Below are positions 38,275 through 49,025 of a DNA stretch of 64,000 nucleotides, one piece after another. The DNA comes from a virus (lineage: Duplodnaviria > Heunggongvirae > Uroviricota > Caudoviricetes), in IMG/VR virus record IMGVR_UViG_3300009154_000029. One strand, given 5' to 3'. A program made the position numbers and the translations under genes. Position 1 is the stretch's first letter. The number at the start of each line of letters is the position of its first letter. The notes below the pieces were generated by a model. The model worked only from the letters and a program-made list of their open reading frames with translations, did not search any database and had not been told where the DNA came from.

Positions 38275-38946
38275 ATGAAACATTTAATCTTATTCGAGGA
38301 TTTCGATCAAATGGGGGATATAAATCCAGGTGGAGCACCAGAGCTATCATCAGGAGAGAAAGCTGCTCTTGAAAAAGGTCTGGAAATTTTAACAATTGAA
38401 CAAGCTGCTGTTTGTTATTTGTATGCAAAAGGTCTTCAGAACGAGATCTATAGAGCTATGACCACTGCAGATGAATACTCACCTTCTGGCTACAGAACAG
38501 ATACACCTGACGACCTATCACTTCTAATAGGAATAAAACGTAGATCTTTTGATTTTGCAGTTACCAAGATGAAGATTTTATTGGGACTTATAGATCAAGG
38601 AAATCAAGCAATTTACCCAAAGATTCTTGACTTCTTTAATGAGTTTGAGGAGATAGGGCCTAGCGCAGTAGCTGAAATTGCAAAGAATGCATTTACCCCA
38701 GAAGCTATGGATAAGGGAAAGGCTTTCAGATACGAGATGGAGTCATCTAAAATGAGGAGTTCAGTAGCAGCTGTAAACAGGGATAATGATATTAGAACTT
38801 ATTATAGCACATACTACAAAATGGCTCAGCCTAAAATGGAAGAATATCAAGCAAAAATGAAAGCTACAGAAAAGACCATTCAAAAATTAGCAGAGAAGGG
38901 GATTTCTATTACTGCAGCAGATATAAGAAAGGTAATTTCTAAATAA
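38275..38946 (+). CDS. hypothetical protein, CTS-like N-terminus MKHLILFEDFDQ
   Basis: ORF track; motif. Confidence 0.45.
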   Translation: MKHLILFEDFDQMGDINPGGAPELSSGEKAALEKGLEILTIEQAAVCYLYAKGLQNEIYRAMTTADEYSPSGYRTDTPDDLSLLIGIKRRSFDFAVTKMKILLGLIDQGNQAIYPKILDFFNEFEEIGPSAVAEIAKNAFTPEAMDKGKAFRYEMESSKMRSSVAAVNRDNDIRTYYSTYYKMAQPKMEEYQAKMKATEKTIQKLAEKGISITAADIRKVISK

Positions 38947-38950
38947 TCCA

Positions 38951-39526
38951 ATGAAACTAGTAGAAGCAATTAAAACTTTAAGACCTGGTGAAAGATTAAA
39001 GGCTTTGGTTATTCTGGCTTTAATCTCATCACTAACAGGTCTTATTACTGTTTGGTTGAAGGGCAATCCTTGTAAAGAAATAAGCACTCAATACACAGAA
39101 ATGCTTCACAACTATTCAGAAATTGCTAAGTCTAATAATTCTCTAATGAGCGACAATAATCAAAAACAAGAGATTATAATTAGCTTAAAAAGAATTCTAG
39201 AAAAAATTGATTCTTCTAAGAGTGAAACGATTATAAGTGATGTTGTTATTGATGTTCCTGTAAAACAGCAGGTTTTAGAGAAGTTGGAGGTAAAGGATAA
39301 TAACACTATCGCAGATTCACACGAAGAAGAACCCATAATTTTAGCTGACGAATGCTCATCAGATTTTCATCCTTTAAAAAAAGATCTGGATAAAAGCAAA
39401 GTCCACACAAAAGTAGAGAAGATATTGCAAATAAGAAAGACCACAAAAACTACAGTCGGATTAAATAAAAGTCAAAGAAGTCTTTTGGATTCTGCTTTAA
39501 TCATAACAAGAAAAATTAAATCATAG
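38951..39526 (+). CDS. membrane-anchored hypothetical protein
   Basis: N-terminal TM helix LKALVILALISSLTGLITVWL. Confidence 0.4.
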   Translation: MKLVEAIKTLRPGERLKALVILALISSLTGLITVWLKGNPCKEISTQYTEMLHNYSEIAKSNNSLMSDNNQKQEIIISLKRILEKIDSSKSETIISDVVIDVPVKQQVLEKLEVKDNNTIADSHEEEPIILADECSSDFHPLKKDLDKSKVHTKVEKILQIRKTTKTTVGLNKSQRSLLDSALIITRKIKS

Positions 39527-40000
39527 ATGAAACACATTGAAATATACGAAGCGTTTTCACAATCTCTAAACACTGGGATCGTTCCTATTACTCAAGTTTT
39601 GGCTAATCCCAAGATGATAGACTTTTCCGTTCTTCCTGATAAGAAAACCGTGATCATTTCACAATCTGATGGAAGAGGAGGGGTAGTTCCAGGATCTTCA
39701 TATAAATACTCAGCACAAGGGAGAAAGGGAAGCGGAATTCTTTCGGTTAAAATCGGATTGGAGATAAACTCGATCGTTAAAAAACCAGACGGATCGATGG
39801 AGGTAAAAGTTATACCAACATCCTCACTTGCTAGAAAGTCATCACAATCAAAAATAGGACCTGATGGATGGATAACAGCTCCTGTTGGTGTTGACAAGGT
39901 CGATTCTTTAATTAAAGATCTAGTTAAATCTAGGGGTAAATCTGGAACATTAGAAACTGAAAATCTAAGTGTTGATTTTTCATTAATCGGTCCTCAATAA
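39527..40000 (+). CDS. hypothetical protein (MKHIEIYEAF)
   Basis: ORF track. Confidence 0.4.
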   Translation: MKHIEIYEAFSQSLNTGIVPITQVLANPKMIDFSVLPDKKTVIISQSDGRGGVVPGSSYKYSAQGRKGSGILSVKIGLEINSIVKKPDGSMEVKVIPTSSLARKSSQSKIGPDGWITAPVGVDKVDSLIKDLVKSRGKSGTLETENLSVDFSLIGPQ

Positions 40001-40029
40001 TTTTTTTCACCCGGAATCTTAAACTACAT

Positions 40030-40350
40030 TTGCTTCCTAAATCTTTAAGAATGCAAGATCAAAATACTATAGATCAAATCGTCTCAACCTGTAATGAGAT
40101 AGTTAAGAACGACTCAGAAATGCTCAGGTGGAGATTTGGGGTAACCCAGGAAGAACTTTCGCATATTGCTAACATTGCTCATTCAATAGTACTTCACAAA
40201 AAAGGAATAAGAAAGGGCGGAGGATTTGTTGAAGCTGTTTGCTCAGACTCACTTACTAAAGCAGCGGTTCGTGCTGACTCTACAATGCAAAAGGTCTTAG
40301 CTTATATGGCTTCCTTTGTAGATAAGGCCGATACCATATATCCACACTAA
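40030..40350 (+). CDS. hypothetical protein
   Basis: ORF track. Confidence 0.35.
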   Translation: MLPKSLRMQDQNTIDQIVSTCNEIVKNDSEMLRWRFGVTQEELSHIANIAHSIVLHKKGIRKGGGFVEAVCSDSLTKAAVRADSTMQKVLAYMASFVDKADTIYPH

Positions 40351-40534
40351 CATTACTTCGGAGTTAAAAAAATATTAATCATGGGATTTATAAAATTTGT
40401 AATAGTCTCGCTTTCATTCATAGGCGTTCTTTATTTTATCGAGATGGCCATAATAAGCAATCTTTCTGATAAAAATAGAATAAGAAAATGGTGGAGAAAC
40501 CATATTGTTGGTGAATAGTAAAAACTAAAAAAAT

Positions 40535-41347
40535 ATGCCAGAAGGTCCAGAAGTTAGAAGGATGTCCGAAGGATTATCCTCAAGAATTCAAGGTAAAAGA
40601 ATAGTAAAGGCTCAAATCCTTGGTGGTAAATGGATTAAAAAACCAATTACAGGAATAGATATTTTAACTTCATCTCTAGAAAAATCTCCTCTTGTTTGCG
40701 ATTGGGTTAAGGTTAAGGGAAAATTTATATACGCTAAATTCGGAGATCTCTACATGTGGAATACTCTCGGAATGAGCGGAGGCTGGAGAGATCTACAAAC
40801 AAAGCACTCGCACTTTGTATTTGAACTGGAAGGGGGAAGGAATATTTACTTTGATGATGTTAGAAGATTTGGAAACATATCATTCTATTCAGATATAAAT
40901 ATCATCAAAAAAAAGTTAGAAGGTGCAGGTCCTGATCTATTAAACGAGGATGTTTCCTATGAGCTTTTTGAAGAGAGAATATGTAGGAGAGGTGATAAGA
41001 ATATCTGTCAACTTTTAATGGACCAAAAAGTTGTTAGCGGAATAGGTAATTACATTAAAAGTGAAGCTTTATACAGATCTAAGGTTAATCCACATCTAAA
41101 GGCTAAAGAAATTTCAAAAGAGAAAATGAGATCCCTTTACGATTGGTCAAGAGCTATTATAAGAACGAGCTATGAACAAGGCGGGGCTACACTGGCAACC
41201 TACACTGACATGGACGGGAATAGAGGCGATTTTGTCTTCTCGTTTCATGTTTATCGTAAAGAAGTCGACCCGCTAGGAAATAAAATTATTCACGAGGAAA
41301 CACCTGATGGGAGAATGACACACTGGGTTCCACAAATTCAAAACTAA
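40535..41347 (+). CDS. Fpg/Nei-family DNA glycosylase
   Basis: N-terminal MPEGPEV catalytic Pro2/Glu3, H2TH-like middle region; no obvious C-terminal zinc finger. Confidence 0.75.
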   Translation: MPEGPEVRRMSEGLSSRIQGKRIVKAQILGGKWIKKPITGIDILTSSLEKSPLVCDWVKVKGKFIYAKFGDLYMWNTLGMSGGWRDLQTKHSHFVFELEGGRNIYFDDVRRFGNISFYSDINIIKKKLEGAGPDLLNEDVSYELFEERICRRGDKNICQLLMDQKVVSGIGNYIKSEALYRSKVNPHLKAKEISKEKMRSLYDWSRAIIRTSYEQGGATLATYTDMDGNRGDFVFSFHVYRKEVDPLGNKIIHEETPDGRMTHWVPQIQN

Positions 41348-41568
41348 TGCAATTTACTATTAATTACGACGAGTCACAGATCATATCTGTTGACAAGATC
41401 TACAAAGGGGCAATGGAAAACGGTCAAAAATTTGAGATTCACGCCAACTGGAATGACTGGGACGGATGGACAGTAGATGATATCATTTTCGAATCAGACA
41501 TGGAGGAAAGTGTAAAAGAAGATATATCCGAATCGTTTACTCAACAAATAAATGGATATATAGATTAA
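41347..41568 (+). CDS. hypothetical acidic protein
   Basis: ORF track. Confidence 0.3.
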   Translation: MQFTINYDESQIISVDKIYKGAMENGQKFEIHANWNDWDGWTVDDIIFESDMEESVKEDISESFTQQINGYID

Positions 41569-41582
41569 ATAAAAGACAAATT

Positions 41583-42092
41583 ATGGCAGTATTTTCACTT
41601 GTAGCATCTAGAAGTTATCTTCCATCAGATAATCCAATGAATAGATTCAAAGGAACAGTTAGCTCTGCTTCAAACAGTACAACAGTAGGATTAACAGGTA
41701 TAGACGCAGGACTAGTTTCATCACTTAATTCATTAAAATCAAGCAGAACTATAACGGTTACAGGATCAACTTTACCAGTAGGCGGATATATTACAGCTGC
41801 TAGCGGAACTTCAGTAACTTTGACTTATCCATATACAGTGTCAAGCGTTGCAGCAGGACAAACGGGCGATTGGCTTTATTGGTACTATCTTGATGCACCT
41901 AATGAAAAACAACTTCCTATTACATACGTAGGTGGAAGTGGAGCTTACACATTAAACTATATGGATCTTGATGGAACTACAGCTTCTATAAGCGCCGGTA
42001 CAGGATATAATGATATGCAAATCTCTCTTATTAGAACACTATCAGGAACAACCGGAACAATTATAGGGTACAGTAAAGGTAATCTTAACTAG
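41583..42092 (+). CDS. Ser/Thr/Gly-rich protein (fiber- or structural-like)
   Basis: compositional bias, TVTGSTLPVGGYITAASGTSVTLTYPYT. Confidence 0.35.
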   Translation: MAVFSLVASRSYLPSDNPMNRFKGTVSSASNSTTVGLTGIDAGLVSSLNSLKSSRTITVTGSTLPVGGYITAASGTSVTLTYPYTVSSVAAGQTGDWLYWYYLDAPNEKQLPITYVGGSGAYTLNYMDLDGTTASISAGTGYNDMQISLIRTLSGTTGTIIGYSKGNLN

Positions 42093-42111
42093 GAATTTCA
42101 AAAACAATATT

Positions 42112-42146
42112 AAAAAAATAAGGGATCTTTGATCCCTTATTTTTTG
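42112..42146. terminator. bidirectional rho-independent terminator
   Basis: A-run, AAGGGATC-TTT-GATCCCTT hairpin, T-run. Confidence 0.55.
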
Positions 42147-42775
42147 TGTACTCTTTTATCGCAAAATTTATAGAAGTTCTTGAATACGATATCACCAAGC
42201 CATCCCTTCTCTGGATGGAATTGGAGGCCAAAGATATTTTTACGCTTACATTCAAACCCAGCTATAGGTGTTTTTTTAGTTGATGCTATAATCTTACAAT
42301 CTTTAGGAAGTGAATCGATCATATATGAATGCTCCATCTTAACCATGGCTTTCTCAGAGTTATCGTATCCTTGAAATAAAACACTTGGTTTTAATTCTGC
42401 CGTAACATTTGAGAATTCACCCATTGGAGGATTGCATTTAGTTATACTTCCTCCAAGATGCTGAGCCAAAATCTCCGCGCCATAGCAGAGACCGAGTTTA
42501 GGTAACTTTGAATCCAATAGAACATCAGGAAGACCTGGAAGTTCGCCTTTAACATTTCTAGATCCAGTTATAATGACACCAAACGTATCATCTAAGTGAT
42601 CTTTTATGTCCTTTTCTACATTAGCTTCATCATACGGTAAGCCAATAAAAGGAAGCTTAGAAAGCTTTAAATTAGATTCCACTGAGAGAACCGGTGTTTC
42701 CATATGAAGCACTAGGAATTTTCTTCTCTTCCAAACATCGAAAGGTGGAATTCTAATTAAACTTTTATCTCCCAT
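42137..42775 (-). CDS. class I glutamine amidotransferase domain protein
   Basis: GLCYGAE (nucleophile Cys in GxCxG) and FGLQFHPE (His-Glu) catalytic blocks. Confidence 0.65.
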   Translation of the reverse strand: MGDKSLIRIPPFDVWKRRKFLVLHMETPVLSVESNLKLSKLPFIGLPYDEANVEKDIKDHLDDTFGVIITGSRNVKGELPGLPDVLLDSKLPKLGLCYGAEILAQHLGGSITKCNPPMGEFSNVTAELKPSVLFQGYDNSEKAMVKMEHSYMIDSLPKDCKIIASTKKTPIAGFECKRKNIFGLQFHPEKGWLGDIVFKNFYKFCDKRVHKK

Positions 42776-42776
42776 T

Positions 42777-43052
42777 TTATTCCCATTCTATATTTACTGC
42801 TCCACCAAAAGCACTGCCATGCTGCATCTGTGCTCCTCTCGTTTCTGGTCTTTCTAACCAATCTAATTTGTCTGCAGATCTAGCTAGTGTATTCAGAGAA
42901 TTAAATAGTTCCTGACCTTTTTGTTCACCCATAATTTTATTAAGAGCATCTCTAACTTCGGGCATTTGAAGAATATGCTTAGTGTTCTTAGCTTCTCCCT
43001 GAATTATTAGGTTTATGAGTTTTCTTTTTTCTACCTCTTTTAAATTTTCCAT
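42777..43052 (-). CDS. hypothetical protein
   Basis: ORF track. Confidence 0.35.
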   Translation of the reverse strand: MENLKEVEKRKLINLIIQGEAKNTKHILQMPEVRDALNKIMGEQKGQELFNSLNTLARSADKLDWLERPETRGAQMQHGSAFGGAVNIEWE

Positions 43053-43056
43053 AGGA

Positions 43057-44109
43057 CTATTTTAAATATTGAGCAATTATTTTCATCGTTTCCCTGTCTT
43101 TAGCGTCTATAGCTTTAGAAAGTTCATCGTTCAGTTCTCTCTGAGTCATCTTAGAGTAATCAATCGGCTCTGGTTCTTCCTGCTTTTTAGGTAAGTTAAG
43201 ACCTAAAGATTTTCTTTTCTCCATCTTTTTATTATAATCTTCCATCTGTCTCTCGTATTCCGCCATCTGTCTTTCATATTCTGCAAGATCCCTTAAATAT
43301 TTAGCTCTCTTTTGTAGCTTATCTATGATCTTGTCTATAAGAGAATCAACTTTAACTCTTGCCTCTGGTGTTTTAGATAATATACCCTTCATAAGATCTA
43401 AAAACTCTTCAGTTGGCATCGTTTTCTCGTCGATCATATACTTCCAAAGTTCCTCTCTAACATTTTTAAACATGTCAGTTTTAGGATTCTCGTTAACAAA
43501 ATCTCTAAGATCCGCTGCTATTTCTGGACCATATCTCCAATCATCAGGTTCATCGGATAAACCAAATTGAGATTCAATTGCTTTAGCAAGTGCAGGATCT
43601 TTAGGAACAGATCCCATTGATATAACTCTCCAGATCCCCTTAACCGCTTCATGTATAAGCATACTAAAATCTACACCTCTAGCTCTTATTATCGGACTTT
43701 GACTAGGGGTTGTTTGTGTCGTTGCTTTCTGTTTAGCAAAAGCAGTATCGATCATTCTTCTAATATCATTCCCGCTAGAGAATTTAATGTCCAGCTTTAT
43801 CTTATAGTGATCTATTAAAGGTTTATACAAATCAGTAATCACCTTGGTTGCCAATTCTTCCAATGCTCTTTCATATCCTACTGATAGAGCTTGTGATCTG
43901 TACATTTCGTTCATTAAAGGACCAGCCGCTCCTTGAAGAGCCCTTGGGCTTCCTTCAGTTTCTCCTGCTATTCCCATTCTTTCTTTTGCTCTAGCGGTAA
44001 CGTCTGCAATATAATCACTCTCTCCCGGTAGTTTACCTGGAATAGAGGAGAGGTCTCTAGTTTTCATTGCCTCTAGGAAAAGTTCAAATTTTTTAAGTCT
44101 ATCTGTCAT
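43057..44109 (-). CDS. hypothetical protein, CTS-like N-terminus MTDRLKKFELFLE
   Basis: ORF track; tandem AEYERQM repeat. Confidence 0.45.
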   Translation of the reverse strand: MTDRLKKFELFLEAMKTRDLSSIPGKLPGESDYIADVTARAKERMGIAGETEGSPRALQGAAGPLMNEMYRSQALSVGYERALEELATKVITDLYKPLIDHYKIKLDIKFSSGNDIRRMIDTAFAKQKATTQTTPSQSPIIRARGVDFSMLIHEAVKGIWRVISMGSVPKDPALAKAIESQFGLSDEPDDWRYGPEIAADLRDFVNENPKTDMFKNVREELWKYMIDEKTMPTEEFLDLMKGILSKTPEARVKVDSLIDKIIDKLQKRAKYLRDLAEYERQMAEYERQMEDYNKKMEKRKSLGLNLPKKQEEPEPIDYSKMTQRELNDELSKAIDAKDRETMKIIAQYLK

Positions 44110-44115
44110 AAAGGA

Positions 44116-46404
44116 TTACTTGTATTTTCTGATTGATTCTTTTCTGTCTTTAAGGATTTTAAGAAGTCTTTTAGCCACATCCATCTCAGAAGCCTTTCTT
44201 AAAGCTAATGGACCTGGGTCAACGGAAGGTCTTTTTATTGGATCATCATCCGGATCGGTTGGTCTTTGAGGTTTAACTGGTTTTTCAGGATCAACATCAG
44301 GATCAACGTCTGGATCACTTGGTCTAGGCCTAGTGGCAGGCTCTGCATAAGTGAAAGCTTCGAAAGTCATAATTTTTCTAGATCCTATCGATTGTGATCC
44401 GTCCTCGAATAAATTAAAAATTCTTTGTACTCTTGAAGATTTGCTCTCGTTTACAGGTGTTCCGTTAATAACCAATTTGTTATTAACTATATCATATTCA
44501 AGGTGAATCTTATCTCCTACCTCATCATCTATAATTGCATTTGCGATAGGATCTTCGATATATTGTTGAATAGCACGTCTTAAAGGTCTAGCCCCCATTT
44601 CTTTATCATATCCATGCTTCATAATAATTTCCTTAACCGATCTTCCACAAGTTAATTCGATATTTCTTTCTTTTAACTTAGCTGCAACCTTATCTAATTC
44701 ACCATCTATGATTTTGTATAGATTGTCTTGCTCTAAAGGTTTAAATATAATTATTTCATCTATTCTATTAATAAACTCAGGTGGAAGTTTTTTCTTAAGA
44801 TCTGCCTTTACTGCATCTATTCTTTGAATCTCTTGTTTTGAAGCATCTGTAGAGAATCCTATCGTAGGTCTTCTCTCCTCCTCTGCCTTTGCTCCAATGT
44901 TAGAGGTCATGATTATAATGGTATTCTTGAAATCAACCTTTCTACCTTCGCCATCTGTCATATGTCCATCTTCAAAAACTTGAAGCCAAGATTGAAGAAC
45001 TTTAGCGTGTGCTTTTTCTAATTCGTCTAAAAGAACTATACAGTGTGGATTTCTTCTGATCTTTTCAGTGAACTGAGTTCCTTCGCCATATCCAACATAA
45101 CCTGGAGGTGAACCGAATAATCTAGAAACTGTATGAGGCTCACTGAATTCACTCATATCCAATCTAAACATTCTATTAGGATCCCCGAACATTTCCTTAG
45201 CTAAAGCTTTAACTAAGTGGGTTTTACCGACACCAGTAGGTCCAAGGAAAAGAAATACCCCCTCTGGACGGTTTGGATCTTTTAGACCTGCTTTAGTTCT
45301 TTTAATGATACGTGTTACAGCTTCAACTGCTTCGTCTTGTCCAATAACAGACATCTGCAATCTAGACTGTAGGCCTTTTAGAGATTGTTTTTGATCTCTA
45401 GAAACATTCTCGATAGGAATTCTAGTTTTCTTAGAAACAACCTCTTCGGCAAGTTCCTTAGTTATTGATATGGTTTCCTCTTTTGGTGAACCACCTTTAG
45501 CAGCCTTTAATTCCTCTTGGATCTCTTTAACCTTATCATGGGCTTCGAAAGACTCCTCAAATTTTTGTTCTTTTGCTAGACGATTAACCTTTTCCAAAGC
45601 AGATACAAGTTCTGTTTCTAATTCAATTACTCTAGGGTTTTTTGATCTAGACATACGAATTTTAGCTCCTGTTTCGTCCATTAAATCAATGGCCTTGTCA
45701 GGTAAAAATCTGTCGGTAATATATCTTTGTGAAAGTTTTATGAATGATTCTATAGCAGCATCTGTATATGAAACGTTATGAAACTCCTCGTATTTTTTCT
45801 TAATACCATTTAGTATTTCTAAACACTCAGAAAAACTAGGTTCATCCACATAGACCTTTTGAAATCTTCTTTCCATTGCTCCATCCTTCTCAATGCTTTC
45901 TCTGTATTCATTTAGTGTTGTTGCTCCAATTAAACTTAGTTTTCCTCTAGCTAGCGCTGGTTTAAGTGCGTCATAAACCTGTGGTTTTTTTAAGGTGTGC
46001 ATCTCATCCATAAATAGAACTAATCCCTCAGTCTCAACTTCTTGAATAAGTTGTCCTAAAGCACCCACTGCAAAAACTGCGTTAAGATCTATTGATATTA
46101 GTTTTTTGCCGCCTAAAAATTGAGGACAATCACCGCTTGCCATTACTATTGCTAGTTTTTCAACTGCGGCTGTTTTACCTACTCCTGGTTCACCAATTAA
46201 AACTGGATTATTCTTGGTTTTTCTACTTAAAACCCAAATAACTTGTTCAAGTTCTTTGTCTCTTCCAACGACAGGATCTATCTTTCCGTCCTTTGCCATC
46301 TGGGTTAAATCAACACCCAGTGCTTTATAGACCTTGTTACCCTCTGTGACCTGTTGATCTTCAATCTGGCTTTCCAGTACTTTTTTAGTGTGTAGTCTTT
46401 TCAT
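44116..46404 (-). CDS. ClpA/ClpC-like double-AAA+ unfoldase lacking N-domain, with IGF ClpP-docking loop and Pro/Asp-rich C-terminal tail
   Basis: two Walker A boxes GEPGVGKT and GPTGVGKT ~317 aa apart, sensor/arginine-finger blocks, PTIGFSTD loop, tail [28 protein letters not shown]. Confidence 0.8.
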   Translation of the reverse strand: MKRLHTKKVLESQIEDQQVTEGNKVYKALGVDLTQMAKDGKIDPVVGRDKELEQVIWVLSRKTKNNPVLIGEPGVGKTAAVEKLAIVMASGDCPQFLGGKKLISIDLNAVFAVGALGQLIQEVETEGLVLFMDEMHTLKKPQVYDALKPALARGKLSLIGATTLNEYRESIEKDGAMERRFQKVYVDEPSFSECLEILNGIKKKYEEFHNVSYTDAAIESFIKLSQRYITDRFLPDKAIDLMDETGAKIRMSRSKNPRVIELETELVSALEKVNRLAKEQKFEESFEAHDKVKEIQEELKAAKGGSPKEETISITKELAEEVVSKKTRIPIENVSRDQKQSLKGLQSRLQMSVIGQDEAVEAVTRIIKRTKAGLKDPNRPEGVFLFLGPTGVGKTHLVKALAKEMFGDPNRMFRLDMSEFSEPHTVSRLFGSPPGYVGYGEGTQFTEKIRRNPHCIVLLDELEKAHAKVLQSWLQVFEDGHMTDGEGRKVDFKNTIIIMTSNIGAKAEEERRPTIGFSTDASKQEIQRIDAVKADLKKKLPPEFINRIDEIIIFKPLEQDNLYKIIDGELDKVAAKLKERNIELTCGRSVKEIIMKHGYDKEMGARPLRRAIQQYIEDPIANAIIDDEVGDKIHLEYDIVNNKLVINGTPVNESKSSRVQRIFNLFEDGSQSIGSRKIMTFEAFTYAEPATRPRPSDPDVDPDVDPEKPVKPQRPTDPDDDPIKRPSVDPGPLALRKASEMDVAKRLLKILKDRKESIRKYK

Positions 46405-46621
46405 TTAATTGTTCTTTGTTTTACCACCTATATATCTACTTTACTTTGGGCAATACCACAGTAATATAAGATTTTTTGGCAGGTCCAACATCGCAACTTG
46501 TGCTAATAGAAAAGAATTAATAAAATTTATTTTACAGTAAATATTATGCTTTTCCCGTAGGTTACTGCATAATAAGTTCCACGAGGTAGTCCACTTAAAT
46601 GTTATCCACTATATAACAAAA

Positions 46622-46645
46622 TTCAGCCACCTAAGGTGGCTGAAT
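46622..46645. other. perfect 11-bp stem hairpin in 500-bp divergent intergenic region
   Basis: ATTCAGCCACC-TAA-GGTGGCTGAAT; no U-run. Confidence 0.4.
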
Positions 46646-46903
46646 GCGCTATCTTTTTACCTGATGTTAAAAAGTTTAACCTATTATGGTTTGTCTGATT
46701 TAATTACTTTCATATCTATATTTACTAAAAAATCCATTGTTTCAAATGGATTTGGTCATTAAACCTAGGTCTATGTTTTGTTCAATATATATATCAATAA
46801 TCCTAATATCTCAGAGATCCAATCGGACACGAAATCACTATACATTATATGTCAACAAATTAGGAAATTCTGTTGAACGATTATTCTAAGCGATAAAAAC
46901 AAA

Positions 46904-47425
46904 ATGGAAAATAAAATTTTTGAAAATTTAGAAAAAAATAAAAAATTAAAAATCCAAAGTCTAGAGTGGAATCGTCTGGGGATTCAAACAAAATTAACAG
47001 AGATTAAAAAAATTATGGGGATCAGAAAATTCGATCTTCCATCAGAATCCCCGAATTGTTTATCAATTCTTATTTCCAAAACACCATTAATGTGTTTAGA
47101 TGTTGAAGGAACGCCAGGTTCGGTGGAGGGTTTTAGATCATTTTTAGCTGGGATAAATGTTGATTTAAACACCCTATTTTACGAGAAAACAGGAAACCAA
47201 GGTCTACACATATTTTTCAGAAAAAAGCCCGGTAGCACTAACATAAATAAGTATAATGTAAATAAATTTGGTATTCAATTTGATGTTCTTTATAGTGGAA
47301 GAGTTTTTACTACCCCTAGCTTCTTTATGGGCAGAACATACGAATTTGGAACAATAACACCATTCTCAATAAAAACAATTGAGGAGATCCAAGAAATGCC
47401 AGATTGGGTTTCTCTTTTACTATGA
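46904..47425 (+). CDS. PrimPol-like (bifunctional primase-polymerase small domain) protein, copy 1
   Basis: CLDVEGT (DxE), GNQGLHIFFRK, FGIQFDVLYSGRVFTTPS blocks match Prim-Pol motifs I-III. Confidence 0.45.
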   Translation: MENKIFENLEKNKKLKIQSLEWNRLGIQTKLTEIKKIMGIRKFDLPSESPNCLSILISKTPLMCLDVEGTPGSVEGFRSFLAGINVDLNTLFYEKTGNQGLHIFFRKKPGSTNINKYNVNKFGIQFDVLYSGRVFTTPSFFMGRTYEFGTITPFSIKTIEEIQEMPDWVSLLL

Positions 47426-47973
47426 ATCTGATAGAAAATTTTAAAATTTTAGGCTCCTATAATATAGATTCAATTCTTTCCAAAATTCAATGTTTGGATC
47501 AGGATTGGGATGAATACACATTCAGACAGGAGAGATATAAGGATCATAGTGAAACTAAAACAATTCCTCTTATATGGTCTGAGAAGTTTAATTCAATCGA
47601 AAAGAGAAAGTGGTATAATATCTTTGAGAATGAACTTGAAGAGCTAGAATTTATTTTTAATAGCTCACTCGAAGAAGGTGTAATAATAAGTGCTATTCTT
47701 ATTAATCTACCGAAGGGTAAATCTATAAAAAGGCATATTGATGCAAACCCAATAGGTGAAAGATTCAATCAATGTCACAGAATTCATATCCCTATAACAA
47801 CAAACGAAAACTGTATCTTTGAAATTAACGGAGAAGAGAAATCATTAAAGCCAGGAGAAATTTGGGAAATAAGTAATGTCTTTAAACCACATAGTGTAAG
47901 AAACGAAGGCGATTGCGACAGAATCCACCTACTAATTGACTGGATGCCATTAGAGATTTTTAAGAATCTCTGA
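47404..47973 (+). CDS. cupin / Asp-Asn beta-hydroxylase-like 2OG-Fe(II) oxygenase candidate
   Basis: HIDANP ... HRIHIP ... HSVRNEGDCDRIHLLIDW His/Asp spacing. Confidence 0.4.
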   Translation: MGFSFTMNLIENFKILGSYNIDSILSKIQCLDQDWDEYTFRQERYKDHSETKTIPLIWSEKFNSIEKRKWYNIFENELEELEFIFNSSLEEGVIISAILINLPKGKSIKRHIDANPIGERFNQCHRIHIPITTNENCIFEINGEEKSLKPGEIWEISNVFKPHSVRNEGDCDRIHLLIDWMPLEIFKNL

Positions 47974-48342
47974 TAAATTATTAGATGTTCCTGAATTTCC
48001 TTCCGAAGTGTAGCTAAAAACTCCATTTTTCTTAGTGATTACTAAATCACCAGATTCTGTTTTTAAGCAAACAGTGTTACAAAGATCACCTCTTCCAGTA
48101 AAAAAATCAGCAACAGATTCTGCAAGTCCTCTGCCATCTGGAGTTCCAAAATAGCTTGCGTCTTTACTTGTGCATTTAGAATCAACCTCACCCATACCAT
48201 TTGAAAGAGATTGTTTTCTGATTGAATTTATTTCATCTCTAGTGAACCAATTTATTGAGCCATTACCTTGATTAAATTCAAAACTTTGTGATTCTTCTAA
48301 AAGATCAGAAACAAACTCTTCAAATAATTTAAGACGCTTCAT
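47950..48342 (-). CDS. hypothetical protein, CTS-like N-terminus MKRLKLFEEFVSDLLEE
   Basis: ORF track; motif. Confidence 0.45.
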   Translation of the reverse strand: MKRLKLFEEFVSDLLEESQSFEFNQGNGSINWFTRDEINSIRKQSLSNGMGEVDSKCTSKDASYFGTPDGRGLAESVADFFTGRGDLCNTVCLKTESGDLVITKKNGVFSYTSEGNSGTSNNLSEILKNL

Positions 48343-48392
48343 AATTTACCTGCTGTTTTATCTGATATATATCAATGAAAAAACAATAAAAA

Positions 48393-49025
48393 ATGGTAAT
48401 AAAATTTTTAACATTTCTCCCCGATGGCCACTACGGTTATCCGGAACCAATATTAACCGACAACTTTACAATTCCAGATCGTGATGAACTTTTAGCCAGA
48501 TATGCAGAAGCAGATTGTAGCGCATATATAATGGGGGAAGACGATAACAGGGGTACAGAAGGGCCGTTTGATGACTTTCAAAACTATGAACTTTATAAGC
48601 ACGGTTTCATGATAATTGGAGAGAATCTGAATTATCTTAACCGCTATTTGTATGAGGCGATTAACAACTATCTGTCAGTGGCTTTAGGTGGAGGTGAAGG
48701 AGGTTATGAAGCTAACGGTAAAGATTTTTATGATCTATTCGATGCATATAGTCCTTTCAAAGGATTTATTGTACCGATAACTTTCGGCGATGAAGCTAAA
48801 GGAGACACATTAGACTCTGAACACGCATCGTTAGAAAACATAGATCCAAATTCCATTAAAATAGCTGTAGATGTCCTAGTTGAAAGATATAAAGACCATC
48901 CTTTAGAAATTTATCAGCTGGATGGTGTTCCTGAACTTAAGAAAATGGTTTTAGATAGATTGTCAGAGCTTGGAGTAAAAGACTTTGGAGCTTTGGGTAA
49001 GATTTTAGGGAAAGGTCTATTGTAA
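48393..49025 (+). CDS. acidic protein with the family C-terminal tail (no LRR repeats)
   Basis: ends LEIYQLDGVPELKKMVLDRLSELGVKDFGALGKILGKGLL. Confidence 0.5.
   Translation: MVIKFLTFLPDGHYGYPEPILTDNFTIPDRDELLARYAEADCSAYIMGEDDNRGTEGPFDDFQNYELYKHGFMIIGENLNYLNRYLYEAINNYLSVALGGGEGGYEANGKDFYDLFDAYSPFKGFIVPITFGDEAKGDTLDSEHASLENIDPNSIKIAVDVLVERYKDHPLEIYQLDGVPELKKMVLDRLSELGVKDFGALGKILGKGLL

Noticed and set aside
45470-45781. Antisense ORF inside the ClpA-like gene, and similar antisense ORFs inside guaC, the 14343 gene, the T9SS beta-helix gene and the LRR genes
   Set aside because: They are embedded opposite long, well-supported coding regions and have low-complexity translations.
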